A stretch of DNA of 64,000 nt. It comes from an uncultured bacterium. GTDB taxonomy: Bacteria > Spirochaetota > UBA4802 > JAGODF01. Shown here piece after piece: positions 8,337 to 18,367 of this stretch (the stretch's first letter is position 1; every line of letters begins with the position of its first letter). A program made the position numbers and the translations under genes. The notes under the pieces were generated by a model. It was not told the origin of the DNA. It saw only the letters and a list, made by a program, of their open reading frames with translations, and made no database searches. The stretch spans positions 9,879-73,878 of the forward strand of contig CAKZSV010000015.1 of assembly GCA_937921485.1 (NCBI GenBank). Direction: 5' to 3'.

Positions 8337-9407
8337 CTATTTCTTTGCAATTCTCTCACGTGCCGGCGCATACTGGCAGTACGGTTCTTCATCGAAGGGA
8401 CTGCCGGTTGCAAAATACGCCCGCGCGCGGCATCCTCCGCAGAACGCCACATACTCGCACGCACCGCATTTTCCGGTAAGCTTTGAAAAATCGCGGAGGC
8501 CTGAAAAAAGTTCGGAAGATTCCCATATTTCTTTTATCGGTGTATGCAGGATATTTCCTGCAACAAGCGGCAAATATCCACAGGGCTGCACGTCGCCCGT
8601 ATGCGATATAAAACACACGCCTGTCCCGGCTAAACATCCCCGCGTCACAGCCGAAAGCCCATCGGTTTCGAAGGTAATTTTTCTTCCTTCCGCCCTCGCC
8701 CTCTGCCGTATGATGCGATAGTAATGCGGCGCGCAGGTGGCCTTCACTTCAAATCCCGTATCCCGCGAAAGTTCATAGAGGCGATGAAGCACTTTTTCAT
8801 ATTCTTCCGCCGACAGCATGTCCGAATCGGCAATTTCCGCGCCGCAACCGACCGGCACGAGCATAAACACATGCAGCGCTTTCGCCCCCTCATTTCGCGC
8901 ACGCTCCACGACCCGTTCGAATTGCGCCACATTTCTCTTTGTAACAGTGGTGTTGAACTGAAACTCAACTCCTGCCTCATGAAGCGCCTGCGCGCCGCGA
9001 AGAGCCGCCTTAAAACAACCTTCGATTCCTCTGAATGAGTCGTGTACGATTTCATCAGCGCCATCGATGGAAATGCTCACGCGCGCGATACCGGTTTCTC
9101 GAATTTTTTGCGCGATTTCATTTGTGATGAGCGTACCATTTGTCGCAAGCGCGACACGAAGATTCTTCGATGCCGCATGACGCGCAATGTCGAAGATATC
9201 GCTTCGATACAGAGGCTCCCCTCCGGTTAAGACGAGTATCGGTTTTGCGAAGGCGGCTACCTCATCGATGGTTTTTACAATCTCCCCCGCGGAAAGCTCT
9301 TCGCGGAACACCTCGCCAGCCTCTGCGCGGCAATGAACGCATTTGAGATTACACCGCTTGGTGAGTTCCCAGAAAATAAGGCGCAGCTCATTTTTTTGCA
9401 TTTTCAT
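8337..9407 (-). CDS. Radical SAM/SPASM protein, AhbD/NirJ-like (heme-related maturation)
   Basis: The CxxxCxxC motif is CNLKCVHC, and the C-terminal Cys-rich SPASM-like region is CGACEYVAFCGGCRARAY. The gene sits immediately downstream of hemA and overlaps it. The specific AhbD assignment is inference. Confidence 0.8.
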   Translation of the reverse strand: MKMQKNELRLIFWELTKRCNLKCVHCRAEAGEVFREELSAGEIVKTIDEVAAFAKPILVLTGGEPLYRSDIFDIARHAASKNLRVALATNGTLITNEIAQKIRETGIARVSISIDGADEIVHDSFRGIEGCFKAALRGAQALHEAGVEFQFNTTVTKRNVAQFERVVERARNEGAKALHVFMLVPVGCGAEIADSDMLSAEEYEKVLHRLYELSRDTGFEVKATCAPHYYRIIRQRARAEGRKITFETDGLSAVTRGCLAGTGVCFISHTGDVQPCGYLPLVAGNILHTPIKEIWESSELFSGLRDFSKLTGKCGACEYVAFCGGCRARAYFATGSPFDEEPYCQYAPARERIAKK

Positions 9408-10710
9408 CTTTAAACATCTCCATCACCATTCTCACCGCATCTTCAATCGTTCTTCCCCCGTGTCCGCGCATCCCCTTCACTGTTTCCTTGAGATTCGCAA
9501 TCGGATTATGCAGGGTTTTCGTCATAATCTGCGAAGTGAGCTCTTCAACAATCTGAAAATCTTCTCGCGACAGGTGTTTGAGCTTTTTTCGCCGATACCG
9601 GGCAAGCTCCCGTTTGCGGATTTCTTCAAATTTTTTCTGAATAATGCTGATAGCAGGAACTATCACAAGACCGTCGTGCCATTCCATAAAACCGCGCGCG
9701 TCCTCTTCCACCATTTTCATGGCAATTTCCGTCGCGCGCTCTCTGCTTTTCCTGTTCTCTTCAGAAATAGACTTTAAATCATCAATATTATAAAGAAACA
9801 CATCGGATATGCCGGACACGCGCGGATCGATGTTTCTCGGCACCGCAATATCGATGATAAAAAGAGGATGCCCCCCCCTTGCCCTCATTATGTTCCGCGC
9901 CATGTGTTCCGTGAGCACGAAATCGCGCGATGAAACGGAACTTACGATGACATCCGCCTCTGAAGCAGCCTGCAGTACTTCAGAAAGCGGCAACACGCGC
10001 GCGTCCGGAAATATTTCCGACGCGATGCGCTCCGCATTGGCAAGCGAGCGGTTTACGATGACGATATCTTTCATGCCCTGCTTCACAAAATAACGCAGAA
10101 TTAATTCGCCCATTTCACCCGCGCCGATGAGCAGCCCCTTGCGCCTGGATACATCATCAAAAATCTTTTGTGCAAGCTCGACTGCAATGAAGGCAACCGA
10201 AAGTGGATTTCGCACAATATCGGTTTCGGTGCGCACACGCTTTGCCGTTCGAAATGCCTGATGAAAGAGGCGATTCAGCACCGGCCCCGTCATTTTCGCA
10301 CGAACCGCAGCAGCATATGACGCTTTAAGCTGTCCGAGTATCTCGTTTTCTCCCACCACCATCGAATCCAGCGATGATGCAACCGATAAAAGATGCGTTA
10401 CCGCATCCCGTGAATATTTTCTATACATGAAAGATTCGGACTGCTTTTCCGGTATCGAAGAAACGTGCGCCAGAAGCTCCATAAGCGTTTTTACCGCGCG
10501 TTCTGTATTTCGGGAGGCGGCATACACTTCAACTCTATTGCACGTGGCCACGTACACAATTTCCTCAACCCCCGCCCTTCTGGCTTCAGACATGAAGCGT
10601 ACGGCATCATCACCCGAGAGCGAATAACACTCCCTGATATCCACCGCGGCAGTCTTATGGCTGAGGCCTACGAGCAATACCTCGCGTACCGGTTCATCGA
10701 ACTGTTTCAT
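9388..10710 (-). CDS. hemA: Glutamyl-tRNA reductase
   Basis: Catalytic-Cys motif ATCNRVEVY and NADPH-binding GAGEMG. The 440-aa length is typical. Confidence 0.9.
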   Translation of the reverse strand: MKQFDEPVREVLLVGLSHKTAAVDIRECYSLSGDDAVRFMSEARRAGVEEIVYVATCNRVEVYAASRNTERAVKTLMELLAHVSSIPEKQSESFMYRKYSRDAVTHLLSVASSLDSMVVGENEILGQLKASYAAAVRAKMTGPVLNRLFHQAFRTAKRVRTETDIVRNPLSVAFIAVELAQKIFDDVSRRKGLLIGAGEMGELILRYFVKQGMKDIVIVNRSLANAERIASEIFPDARVLPLSEVLQAASEADVIVSSVSSRDFVLTEHMARNIMRARGGHPLFIIDIAVPRNIDPRVSGISDVFLYNIDDLKSISEENRKSRERATEIAMKMVEEDARGFMEWHDGLVIVPAISIIQKKFEEIRKRELARYRRKKLKHLSREDFQIVEELTSQIMTKTLHNPIANLKETVKGMRGHGGRTIEDAVRMVMEMFKDENAKK

Positions 10711-10711
10711 G

Positions 10712-11554
10712 TCACCTGAAGCTATGGAAGCCCGCCTCCCTGAAAAAATTCGATGCGATGAAAAGCGCCATTGTAATTACAAAAAGCGAAATATTCAATA
10801 CTGCGACCATGCGCCGGCGGGCTCTTCCACTTTTCCTCACCGCATATATGAGCGCAACACAGAGCCATGAAAGGTACATGGTAATTTCTTTAAAAGAGAG
10901 AAGAAATACGGCTTGAAAATTGAGCCACAGAAGAATGATGCCAAATAGTATTCCAGCGCTCATCAGGAAAAAAGCCATTGCGGAAGACCAGAGATTGAAC
11001 GACTCTAAGGATTCGAGACTTGGAAACGACATCACGCTCGCAAGCGGCGCTTTCCGCCTGAGCTTGAATTCAAGGTACAGTGCCAGCATCGACCCGCAAG
11101 CCGCCAGAAAGAAAAAGAGCTCACCCGCCACCGCGCATATCACATGAAAGGGAAGGAGGTGATTCGCGATGCCTGCTTCCATCGTCCTTGGCGAATTGAG
11201 CAGAGAAAGCGAAAGAACGCATACGACTGTAGCAAACGGAAGTGCAACCGCAGCGATTGAAAGCCAGTGCGTTCTCCAGCGCGAAAAGTCAATATAGGCA
11301 AGTGCCAATATCAAAAACAGCACTATAAGATATAAATGCCCCCAGATGCTGCGCGCAATCGCGATGAAATCTCGAAGCCCGAACGGGTAGTAGCGGATTA
11401 CACCAGACACAAGGAAACACAAAGCGGCGGTGTAGAAAAAAATCCGCGCACTATAATTTCTCCGCGCTGAAGCTCCATGCAGCGCCAGAATCGCGCACGC
11501 CGATGCAGCGGCCAACAGCACTATCGTTATGATGAAAAGCATCGGATACATCAT
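10712..11554 (-). CDS. Cytochrome c assembly family membrane protein (CcsA/HemX/YpjD-like)
   Basis: Polytopic membrane protein. The region HLLPFHV...LALYLEFKLRRK...FPSLESLE resembles the YpjD/HemX family. It lies directly upstream of hemA. Confidence 0.65.
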   Translation of the reverse strand: MMYPMLFIITIVLLAAASACAILALHGASARRNYSARIFFYTAALCFLVSGVIRYYPFGLRDFIAIARSIWGHLYLIVLFLILALAYIDFSRWRTHWLSIAAVALPFATVVCVLSLSLLNSPRTMEAGIANHLLPFHVICAVAGELFFFLAACGSMLALYLEFKLRRKAPLASVMSFPSLESLESFNLWSSAMAFFLMSAGILFGIILLWLNFQAVFLLSFKEITMYLSWLCVALIYAVRKSGRARRRMVAVLNISLFVITMALFIASNFFREAGFHSFR

Positions 11555-11607
11555 ACTATTCTAAGGGTATGGCACAATAACAGCACTACCACATTCCCCC
11601 TGTACAA

Positions 11608-12435
11608 TCAAGGTTTTTTCGCCAGAATCGCAGCAGAGATGCCCTGTGCGCAAAATCCTTCGAGCGTTTTCCAGATGTCTTCCTCGGTGTGCGGTTCCAG
11701 AGTTATCATCGGCTTTTGGCGTGATACTGCAATAAAGCGCGCGATTTTCGAAAAATCGACATTACCGCTGCCGATTGGCGCGTGCGCATCCCTTTTTCCG
11801 TCATTATCGTGCAGATGAAACTGCCGGATGAATTCTCCAATTTTTGCAAGCCATTGCCGAAGAGGCGCTTTAGAAAAGGCGTTTACATGCCCCACATCAA
11901 GACAGCTCCAAACATTTTTTCCAGACAGCCTTAACAGAATTTCGCGCATTGTGCCCGGATTTTCTTCATAGACATTTTCAAGAGCCAGCATTGCCCCCAT
12001 TGCTTCCGCCTTTTTCGCAAAAACCTCGAGATCCGGGATAATATTTCTGAACCACTCAGCGAACACAAAGCCGAACCGTTTCTCTTCATAATTCAGATGC
12101 AGGACAATCGACTCGGGTTTGAAAAGCGCCGCGATGTCAAACGCATATTTCAGGCGCTCCATTGCGGCCTTCCGGACAAGAATATCCGGCGCGCCCAAAA
12201 AAAGTTCCTGAAAAGGCGCATGAACAGTGCGCCGAACTCCGCAACATAACATACATTTCGCGATGTGACGGAAATCTTTTTTCGCAAAAGAATCCAGCGC
12301 GTGATGATCCAGCACCAGCTCGCAGTTCATCCGCCACCGCTCCACCAGAGGGGCAAAGCGCTTTTCAAATTGGCGCGCCTTCATCGTAATGAAAACCTGC
12401 CCGATGGCGCGCTGGATATCTTCTTTCTGCATCAT
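11608..12435 (-). CDS. Sugar phosphate isomerase/epimerase (xylose isomerase-like TIM barrel)
   Basis: Motifs LALENVYE and FHLHDNDGKRDAHAPIG are typical of the AP-endonuclease-2/TIM-barrel family. Confidence 0.7.
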   Translation of the reverse strand: MMQKEDIQRAIGQVFITMKARQFEKRFAPLVERWRMNCELVLDHHALDSFAKKDFRHIAKCMLCCGVRRTVHAPFQELFLGAPDILVRKAAMERLKYAFDIAALFKPESIVLHLNYEEKRFGFVFAEWFRNIIPDLEVFAKKAEAMGAMLALENVYEENPGTMREILLRLSGKNVWSCLDVGHVNAFSKAPLRQWLAKIGEFIRQFHLHDNDGKRDAHAPIGSGNVDFSKIARFIAVSRQKPMITLEPHTEEDIWKTLEGFCAQGISAAILAKKP

Positions 12436-12488
12436 ACCACATTCCTTTCAGCAGGTTCGATTCAGTCATCCCATCCGTCAAGATTTTT

Positions 12489-15400
12489 ATGGTGAAATCA
12501 ACGCGTATCGCAATACAGCCGGCAAAGACAAAGGATTCCTGTTATTTCATCCTTGACGTCGTGATGCGCAGTTGTTATTCTGAAGGCGCCATGGCTCTTT
12601 CAGGAAAAATCATCAACAAACGCTACAGGCTATTTGAGAAATTACGTGCCACCGGCTTCGCCGAATACTACAGATGTTTTGATGAAGACACCGGCAGTGA
12701 TGCCGTATTCACATTTTTCAGCGGAGCCGCTTCTTCTCGAAGAGCTCAGGACGTCTATCGTTTTAAACTCGATGCGAAAAAAGTAGCGGGGCATCATCAT
12801 CCGCGCTGCGCCTGCCCAATTGAAGTTGGCATTCTCTTCGATATATGCTATCAGGTGACGCAATATTATGAGGGGCCGGCGATTGCCGATCTGATTAACG
12901 AAAGGAGAATTTTTTCGCCTTCACAACTTCTCACATTTGCACGCGATATTGCTGATGCGCTTATATTTCTCCATGCTTGCGGCATCACGCACCTGGGGCT
13001 TGATCCATCGCACATCGTTCTTTTCAAGGAGAAGCCCTATATAATCGATGTGGGCGCTGCGCATGTAAAAAAATACGACACAGAAGAACTGCTCGCCTCA
13101 AGGCTGGATTATATTTCCCCGGAAGAAACAGGAATGATATCAGCCTCTCCCGACGCAAGAAGCGACCTTTTTTCACTTGGGGCAATTCTTTTCAGGCTTG
13201 CTGCGGGCAAAGCACCGTTCACAGGCCCCAGAATTACGGCAACACTTCATAACATCATTTCCCTGGATCCTGATTTCGGCTCCATAGAAAAAAGCGGCTT
13301 ATCTGCGGAATGTTTCACCGTCATCAAACGCCTGCTGGCAAAAGAACCGGACAAACGATATGAGTCGGCTGAAGCTTTGCGCACCCATCTCGACGCGATT
13401 ATTTCCGGCAAGGAAGGCTATCATGCCACATCATACGCAATTCGCAGATCGCCAGCCCCTTTTGAGGATGATTCAGAGAGCCAAAACGCCCTGTACGCGT
13501 ACGATAAAGCACAACTGCTTTTAAAAAAAATTGCAGAGCTCTCTGCTTCCTCAGGCGGCGCTATGAGCGATGATGCTCTGCGGGAAATCGCCCATATCCG
13601 TCTCATCACCGGGCAGTACGATGAAACACTAAGAATCTGCAGGGAAATGTATTCGAAAACCGGCGATCCGCATCTGAAGGCGGAAATTATCGCGCTTAAG
13701 TCCGCCGCACATTTCCGGCGCAACGAATGGCAAAAATGCATCGACGGCGCCATGGAAGGTTTGCGGCTTTTGGGCGAAAAATTTCCAAAAGGCGGGCTTT
13801 GTGTTTGGCTCCGCAGCGTACGGGAAGCTCTGCTTTTTCTAATCGGGTTCATTATACCGGTGCGATTCGCCGGCGGCGGCAAGAAAATTGAAACATATAA
13901 AAGCATTCTTTCGATTTATAAAACCCTTATCGAAGCATTCATGTTTCGCAATATGGGGCCCGAGTTTCTCTTCGCGTCGCTGCGAATGAATGTTCTTGCG
14001 CGCTGGAAATTCGGCCGCTCCAAGGAACTCGGAATCAGCATCATCGGAATATCGCTCGTCTTTGCTGCTCTCGGTTATAATGCAATTGCGGAGAAACTAC
14101 TCTCCCGGGCGCTTGACATAAGCCTTTCGGCCAACGACCGCTGGGGCGAGGCATATGCTCTCGGGTTTTTAGGCCTCATTTATGAGTTTTCGGGAAAATA
14201 CCGGCAAGGCATCGAGCATTATTATCCCGCCAGCATGAGAACCTTTACGGAAATCGGCGATATTAAAAATATCGGCATCATCCACATAGGCCTTGTGCAA
14301 AGCCTTCTTCACCTTTCAGAATACGATAAAGCGCTTATGCATAACAGTGAATCGCAGCAAATCGCACGCCGAATGGACGATTCCTTTTTTGAAGGGATGT
14401 CGCTGATATACTTTGCACGAATATGCCGCGAAAAAGGAGAATTTGAAAAAGCAAAAAAATATTCCGATGAAGCAATACAATTCAATCGGGATAAACATCT
14501 TGATCAAAACCTCTGCGCCTCACTCATCGAACGGGCTTGCCTCTTTGTTGAAGGCAATGAATATACCAGCGCGATTTCAATGCTTGAAGAAGCGCGAAAG
14601 CTCGATACGGCAGGCTACTTCAGCCCACAGCATGTCAACCATCTCTACGCGCATCTTGCCGAGGCATATGCAAAAGCATATACTGCAACTCCAACCGGCT
14701 CATCTCAGAGGGATAAAAAAATTTTACACAAAGCAATGAAATTCGCGCGTGCAGCAACGCGAAAATCACGAAGCTGGCCCTCGCTGCAATCAAAGGCTTT
14801 ACGGGCACATGCAATAGTCGCTTCAGCCTGCGGAAATTACAAAAGAGCAATTCGCTTCTTTGAAAAATCAGTCACCATTGCGAAAAACTCAGGAGGCCGT
14901 TTCGATGAAGCATTGAGCCTTCTCGAATACGCGCTCTTTTCGCTCCAGAGAGGCGATAATGAAAAATCCCGGGAATGCCTGGTGCATGCATTCGATATCT
15001 TTTCATCGATCGGTTCCATGGGATATAGGGATATGTGCGGCAGGCTTCTTGGAATAGGGATGAACGAAAGCATGCCGTTACATACCGCAATACGGGACGT
15101 TCGGCAACGCCTGCTTCATGAAGCAGGCTTCAATTTAGCCGCGGGAATTCACAATGCGGACAAACTCAATGCGATGATGAATTCAATCTACGAATACCTT
15201 GGAGCTGAAGAAGCCTTTCTTTTTTGTATTAATGGAGATACACCAGGCCCATTATTCGTATATCCCGAAGCAGCTGATGATGCAATATCGAGGATGACGC
15301 GTGCCGCCGAAGAATATCTTACTGCAAAATTTACCAATTCGATTATTTGCCAAAAATCTTTTCAGCGCATACCTGAGCGTTATCGCATGGGCACAAAGTT

Positions 15401-15932
15401 TCATTTCTTGCCGCTTGGAAGCGATGAACATGCGGTGGGAGTATGCGCCATCATCTCCTCCCTGATACCCTCACTTCATGACGATGATCTTGCCATTCTC
15501 CAGGACATCATGGCGCATGCGCTAATACTGCACTCAAAATATGACACCATGGATTTTACGGCTACGCGTTCAGCGCGAAAGCCGGAAATTACCGATTCCA
15601 CCCGTGAAAAACTCGAAAAGGCTCTTGTATTCATTCGTGAAAATTATCTGTCGGATATATCGCGCGAGGGCCTCGCGGTGAAAGTGGGTTTGAGCCCGAA
15701 CTATTTCAGCGCACTTTTCGCAGACTACACCGGGAAGAAGCTCAATGATTACATCATCGATCTGAGAATCGAAAGGGCGTCGGATCTTTTAACAACAACT
15801 GATGATAAAATCATCGACATCGCCTACACGGCCGGATTTGAGAACCTGCGCACGTTTAATCGGGCATTCAAGAAGAAAAGGGGAATTACTCCTCAGGAGT
15901 ACCGGAAAACAGCACAAAAATGCGATAAATGA
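12489..15932 (+). CDS. Multidomain regulator: degenerate Ser/Thr kinase-like domain, TPR region, GAF-like domain, AraC-type HTH
   Basis: The N-terminal Hanks-type fold has an intact C-lobe (SPE, DLFSLGAILF, KEPDKRY) but degenerate catalytic motifs. The middle carries TPR-like repeats. A GAF-like segment is FLPLGSDEHAVGVCAIISS. The C-terminal AraC HTH is LSPNYFSALF...GFENLRTFNRAFKK. An alternative start at ATG 12591 (MALSGKII) is plausible. Confidence 0.8.
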   Translation: MVKSTRIAIQPAKTKDSCYFILDVVMRSCYSEGAMALSGKIINKRYRLFEKLRATGFAEYYRCFDEDTGSDAVFTFFSGAASSRRAQDVYRFKLDAKKVAGHHHPRCACPIEVGILFDICYQVTQYYEGPAIADLINERRIFSPSQLLTFARDIADALIFLHACGITHLGLDPSHIVLFKEKPYIIDVGAAHVKKYDTEELLASRLDYISPEETGMISASPDARSDLFSLGAILFRLAAGKAPFTGPRITATLHNIISLDPDFGSIEKSGLSAECFTVIKRLLAKEPDKRYESAEALRTHLDAIISGKEGYHATSYAIRRSPAPFEDDSESQNALYAYDKAQLLLKKIAELSASSGGAMSDDALREIAHIRLITGQYDETLRICREMYSKTGDPHLKAEIIALKSAAHFRRNEWQKCIDGAMEGLRLLGEKFPKGGLCVWLRSVREALLFLIGFIIPVRFAGGGKKIETYKSILSIYKTLIEAFMFRNMGPEFLFASLRMNVLARWKFGRSKELGISIIGISLVFAALGYNAIAEKLLSRALDISLSANDRWGEAYALGFLGLIYEFSGKYRQGIEHYYPASMRTFTEIGDIKNIGIIHIGLVQSLLHLSEYDKALMHNSESQQIARRMDDSFFEGMSLIYFARICREKGEFEKAKKYSDEAIQFNRDKHLDQNLCASLIERACLFVEGNEYTSAISMLEEARKLDTAGYFSPQHVNHLYAHLAEAYAKAYTATPTGSSQRDKKILHKAMKFARAATRKSRSWPSLQSKALRAHAIVASACGNYKRAIRFFEKSVTIAKNSGGRFDEALSLLEYALFSLQRGDNEKSRECLVHAFDIFSSIGSMGYRDMCGRLLGIGMNESMPLHTAIRDVRQRLLHEAGFNLAAGIHNADKLNAMMNSIYEYLGAEEAFLFCINGDTPGPLFVYPEAADDAISRMTRAAEEYLTAKFTNSIICQKSFQRIPERYRMGTKFHFLPLGSDEHAVGVCAIISSLIPSLHDDDLAILQDIMAHALILHSKYDTMDFTATRSARKPEITDSTREKLEKALVFIRENYLSDISREGLAVKVGLSPNYFSALFADYTGKKLNDYIIDLRIERASDLLTTTDDKIIDIAYTAGFENLRTFNRAFKKKRGITPQEYRKTAQKCDK

Positions 15933-16157
15933 CGCATATACTGCAGATGCAGAAGCGCATCAACTGAGGGTCAAAGCCTCTTTTGAGCACACGAACCATC
16001 GTAGATACTGCCAAGAAATAGCGCACCGGCAATAGAGAAAGCCCTTCCGAATGGACAATTTTAACGATTATTCTTTTTAGCGAGACTTCAATCCTATATT
16101 GTATATATTTATAGCATACCGACTGGACGGTTATTACACATAAACGGGGGATATTGT

Positions 16158-17042
16158 ATGATAAAAAAGCTTTTTGTAGCAATGTGCATCATTATCATGG
16201 CATTTCCGGTAACGGTATTTGCCGGTGGCAGCAGCAATTCATGCGCCACGCGCTACCCGGTAGTGCTATCGCACGGGATGGGTGCTCAGGCAATGATTCT
16301 GGGCATCATCGACTACTGGGCAGCAGTCACCGGCGACCTGGAAGATAATGGCGCGGATGTGTACATCACCAGCGTTAATGCCATGGATTCCACTGCCAAT
16401 AAAGGGCTTCAGTGGAAACAGCAGGTACTTCAGATTTTAGCCATCACCGGCAGGGCGAAAATCAATCTCATTGGCCATTCGCATGGAACACTCTACACGC
16501 GCTATGCCATTTCAAATCTTGGCATGGCATCGCGTGTCGCAAGCCACACGAGCATCGCAGGCCCGCATCGCGGGAGCGTTATCGCCGATATCATTATGGG
16601 CATCATTCCTGATTCCATGGAATGGCTTGTTGGCGGACTTATCGATATGGTGATGAGCTTCGTTATGGGCGATGTAAACGGCAACAGCGTGGCCAACGGC
16701 TACGACTTAGTGCGCTCGAATATGATAAACGTATTCAACCCCAACACACCGAATATGCCGGGCGTGTACTATCAAAGCTGGGCATACAAAATCAAGCTTC
16801 CAACCACCCTGCTTGCGATCACCTGGGCGATTATGCTTCCTTTTGAAGGGGCAAACGACGGTCTGGTCTCCGTCAACTCCGCAAAATGGGGCAATTTCCG
16901 CGGCACAATTGAAGGCGCGTGGTATGGCGCGGGCGTTGACCACATGCAGGCGGTGGGCCTCCTTTCGCTTCCCACTCCCGGCTACGACGCCGGCGATCAT
17001 TTCGTAAGCATCGTTTCAGATTTGAAAAACAGAGGCTATTGA
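16158..17042 (+). CDS. Secreted triacylglycerol lipase, bacterial family I.1/I.2-like
   Basis: Signal peptide. Motifs YPVVLSHGM, the nucleophile elbow GHSHG, NDGLVS and DHMQ align by eye with Pseudomonas LipA-type lipases. Confidence 0.85.
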   Translation: MIKKLFVAMCIIIMAFPVTVFAGGSSNSCATRYPVVLSHGMGAQAMILGIIDYWAAVTGDLEDNGADVYITSVNAMDSTANKGLQWKQQVLQILAITGRAKINLIGHSHGTLYTRYAISNLGMASRVASHTSIAGPHRGSVIADIIMGIIPDSMEWLVGGLIDMVMSFVMGDVNGNSVANGYDLVRSNMINVFNPNTPNMPGVYYQSWAYKIKLPTTLLAITWAIMLPFEGANDGLVSVNSAKWGNFRGTIEGAWYGAGVDHMQAVGLLSLPTPGYDAGDHFVSIVSDLKNRGY

Positions 17043-17063
17043 TATATCAATGCTGACGGCGAT

Positions 17064-17096
17064 AAAACCCCGGAACTTCCGGGGTTTTTTATTTTT
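17064..17096 (+). terminator. Intrinsic terminator after the lipase gene
   Basis: Hairpin CCCCGG-AACTT-CCGGGG followed by TTTTTTATTTTT. Confidence 0.8.
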
Positions 17097-17181
17097 CCGC
17101 CGAATAATTATTGCATCTTATACCCGCATCCCATACCGTGCCGCCTCGTACTAATGTTTCATCAAAAAAAGGAGTACCGCA

Positions 17182-18249
17182 ATGTTTTCTTCGCTCTCGA
17201 TACGCGCAGGCGCCAAAGCGCTTGCAATACTTCGCGATGAAGGCTTGAAGTCCGAACGCATAAAAATCATCGCCGGCGCATCAGGCGGTCCGAAATGGCT
17301 CGTGCTTGCTGGCATCGATCGGCAGCTTCCTCTTTTATTCAAAAGACGCACACGCGAATTATTATTCATCGGTTCATCCATCGGAAGCTGGCGGATGGCG
17401 GCGCTGGCCCAGAAAGATCCCCTCGGCGCAATTGATGCATTTGAAAACGCGTATCTTGGCCAGCGCTATTCCCGCCGCCCCACGTACGAGGAAATTACCA
17501 GAGAATTTTATCGGATCATGTACGAATATCTGAGCGATGATGCCATTCGCTACATTCTTCGCCATCCGTTTTTGCGGCCGAATGTGCTTGCGGTACGCTC
17601 AAAATCCTTCGGCGCAAGCGACAAAAAGCTACCCTTAGGCATTCATTTAGGGTGCGCCGCAGTGCTGAATGCCGTTTCTCGCAAAACCCTTCGATTTTTC
17701 TTTGATCGGGTCCTTTTTTATGACCGCCGAAGCAACCCCGCCATTAAGAATGAAGATTCCTTTCCCCGCATCGACGCCGCACTCACCGAACTCAATTTCC
17801 GCAAAGCGCTTATGGCATCCGGTTCAATACCATTGCTCATGGAAGGAGTTCGCAGCATCGATGGAATGCCGGATGGCACGTATCGCGACGGCGGCATCAT
17901 CGATTATCATCTCGATGTGCCGTTTCGTGCCGATGAACATGACATTGTATTGTATCCGCATTTTTTCGAGCGTATCACGCCCGGGTGGTTCGATAAAGCG
18001 CTTGGATGGCGAAAGCCACATTCGGATTACATGGCGCAGGTAGTGCTGGTCGCGCCATCGCAAGAATTTGTTTCGCGCCTTCCCTTGAAGAAAATCCCCG
18101 ACCGGAACGATTTCAGGCTCTTTCTGGGAAAAGACGAAGAGCGCATTGCCTGCTGGAAAGAAGCGGCAGAGCGCTCCCGGCAAATCGGCGATGAATTCAT
18201 GGAAGCAATCGAAAGCGGAAAAATTCGAGATGCCGTCAAGCCGCTCTAA
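17182..18249 (+). CDS. Patatin-like phospholipase
   Basis: Oxyanion motif GASGGPKW, nucleophile GSSIG (GxSxG) and catalytic Asp motif DGGIIDY. Confidence 0.8.
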   Translation: MFSSLSIRAGAKALAILRDEGLKSERIKIIAGASGGPKWLVLAGIDRQLPLLFKRRTRELLFIGSSIGSWRMAALAQKDPLGAIDAFENAYLGQRYSRRPTYEEITREFYRIMYEYLSDDAIRYILRHPFLRPNVLAVRSKSFGASDKKLPLGIHLGCAAVLNAVSRKTLRFFFDRVLFYDRRSNPAIKNEDSFPRIDAALTELNFRKALMASGSIPLLMEGVRSIDGMPDGTYRDGGIIDYHLDVPFRADEHDIVLYPHFFERITPGWFDKALGWRKPHSDYMAQVVLVAPSQEFVSRLPLKKIPDRNDFRLFLGKDEERIACWKEAAERSRQIGDEFMEAIESGKIRDAVKPL

Positions 18250-18274
18250 AGCAATCCCGTATTCTACTTCGCTC

Positions 18275-18303
18275 TTGACATAATGATGCCTATTTACTAT
18301 CTT
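18275..18303 (+). promoter_or_regulatory. Candidate sigma70 promoter (TTGACA, 17-nt spacer, TATCTT) for the DUF1178 gene
   Basis: The hexamers were read directly from the sequence, about 65 nt upstream of the ATG at 18368. Confidence 0.35.
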
Positions 18304-18367
18304 GAACTCGATGGAGTGATGCAGGATAACTGCAATCCTCATAATTCTGAAACGTGCTGAGCACTGT

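Noticed and set aside
17182-18249. The patatin-like phospholipase as a CBASS or other defence effector.
   Set aside because: No cyclase/CD-NTase, sensor or other defence-type gene is adjacent. Its neighbours are a secreted lipase and a DUF1178 gene, which fits lipid metabolism better.
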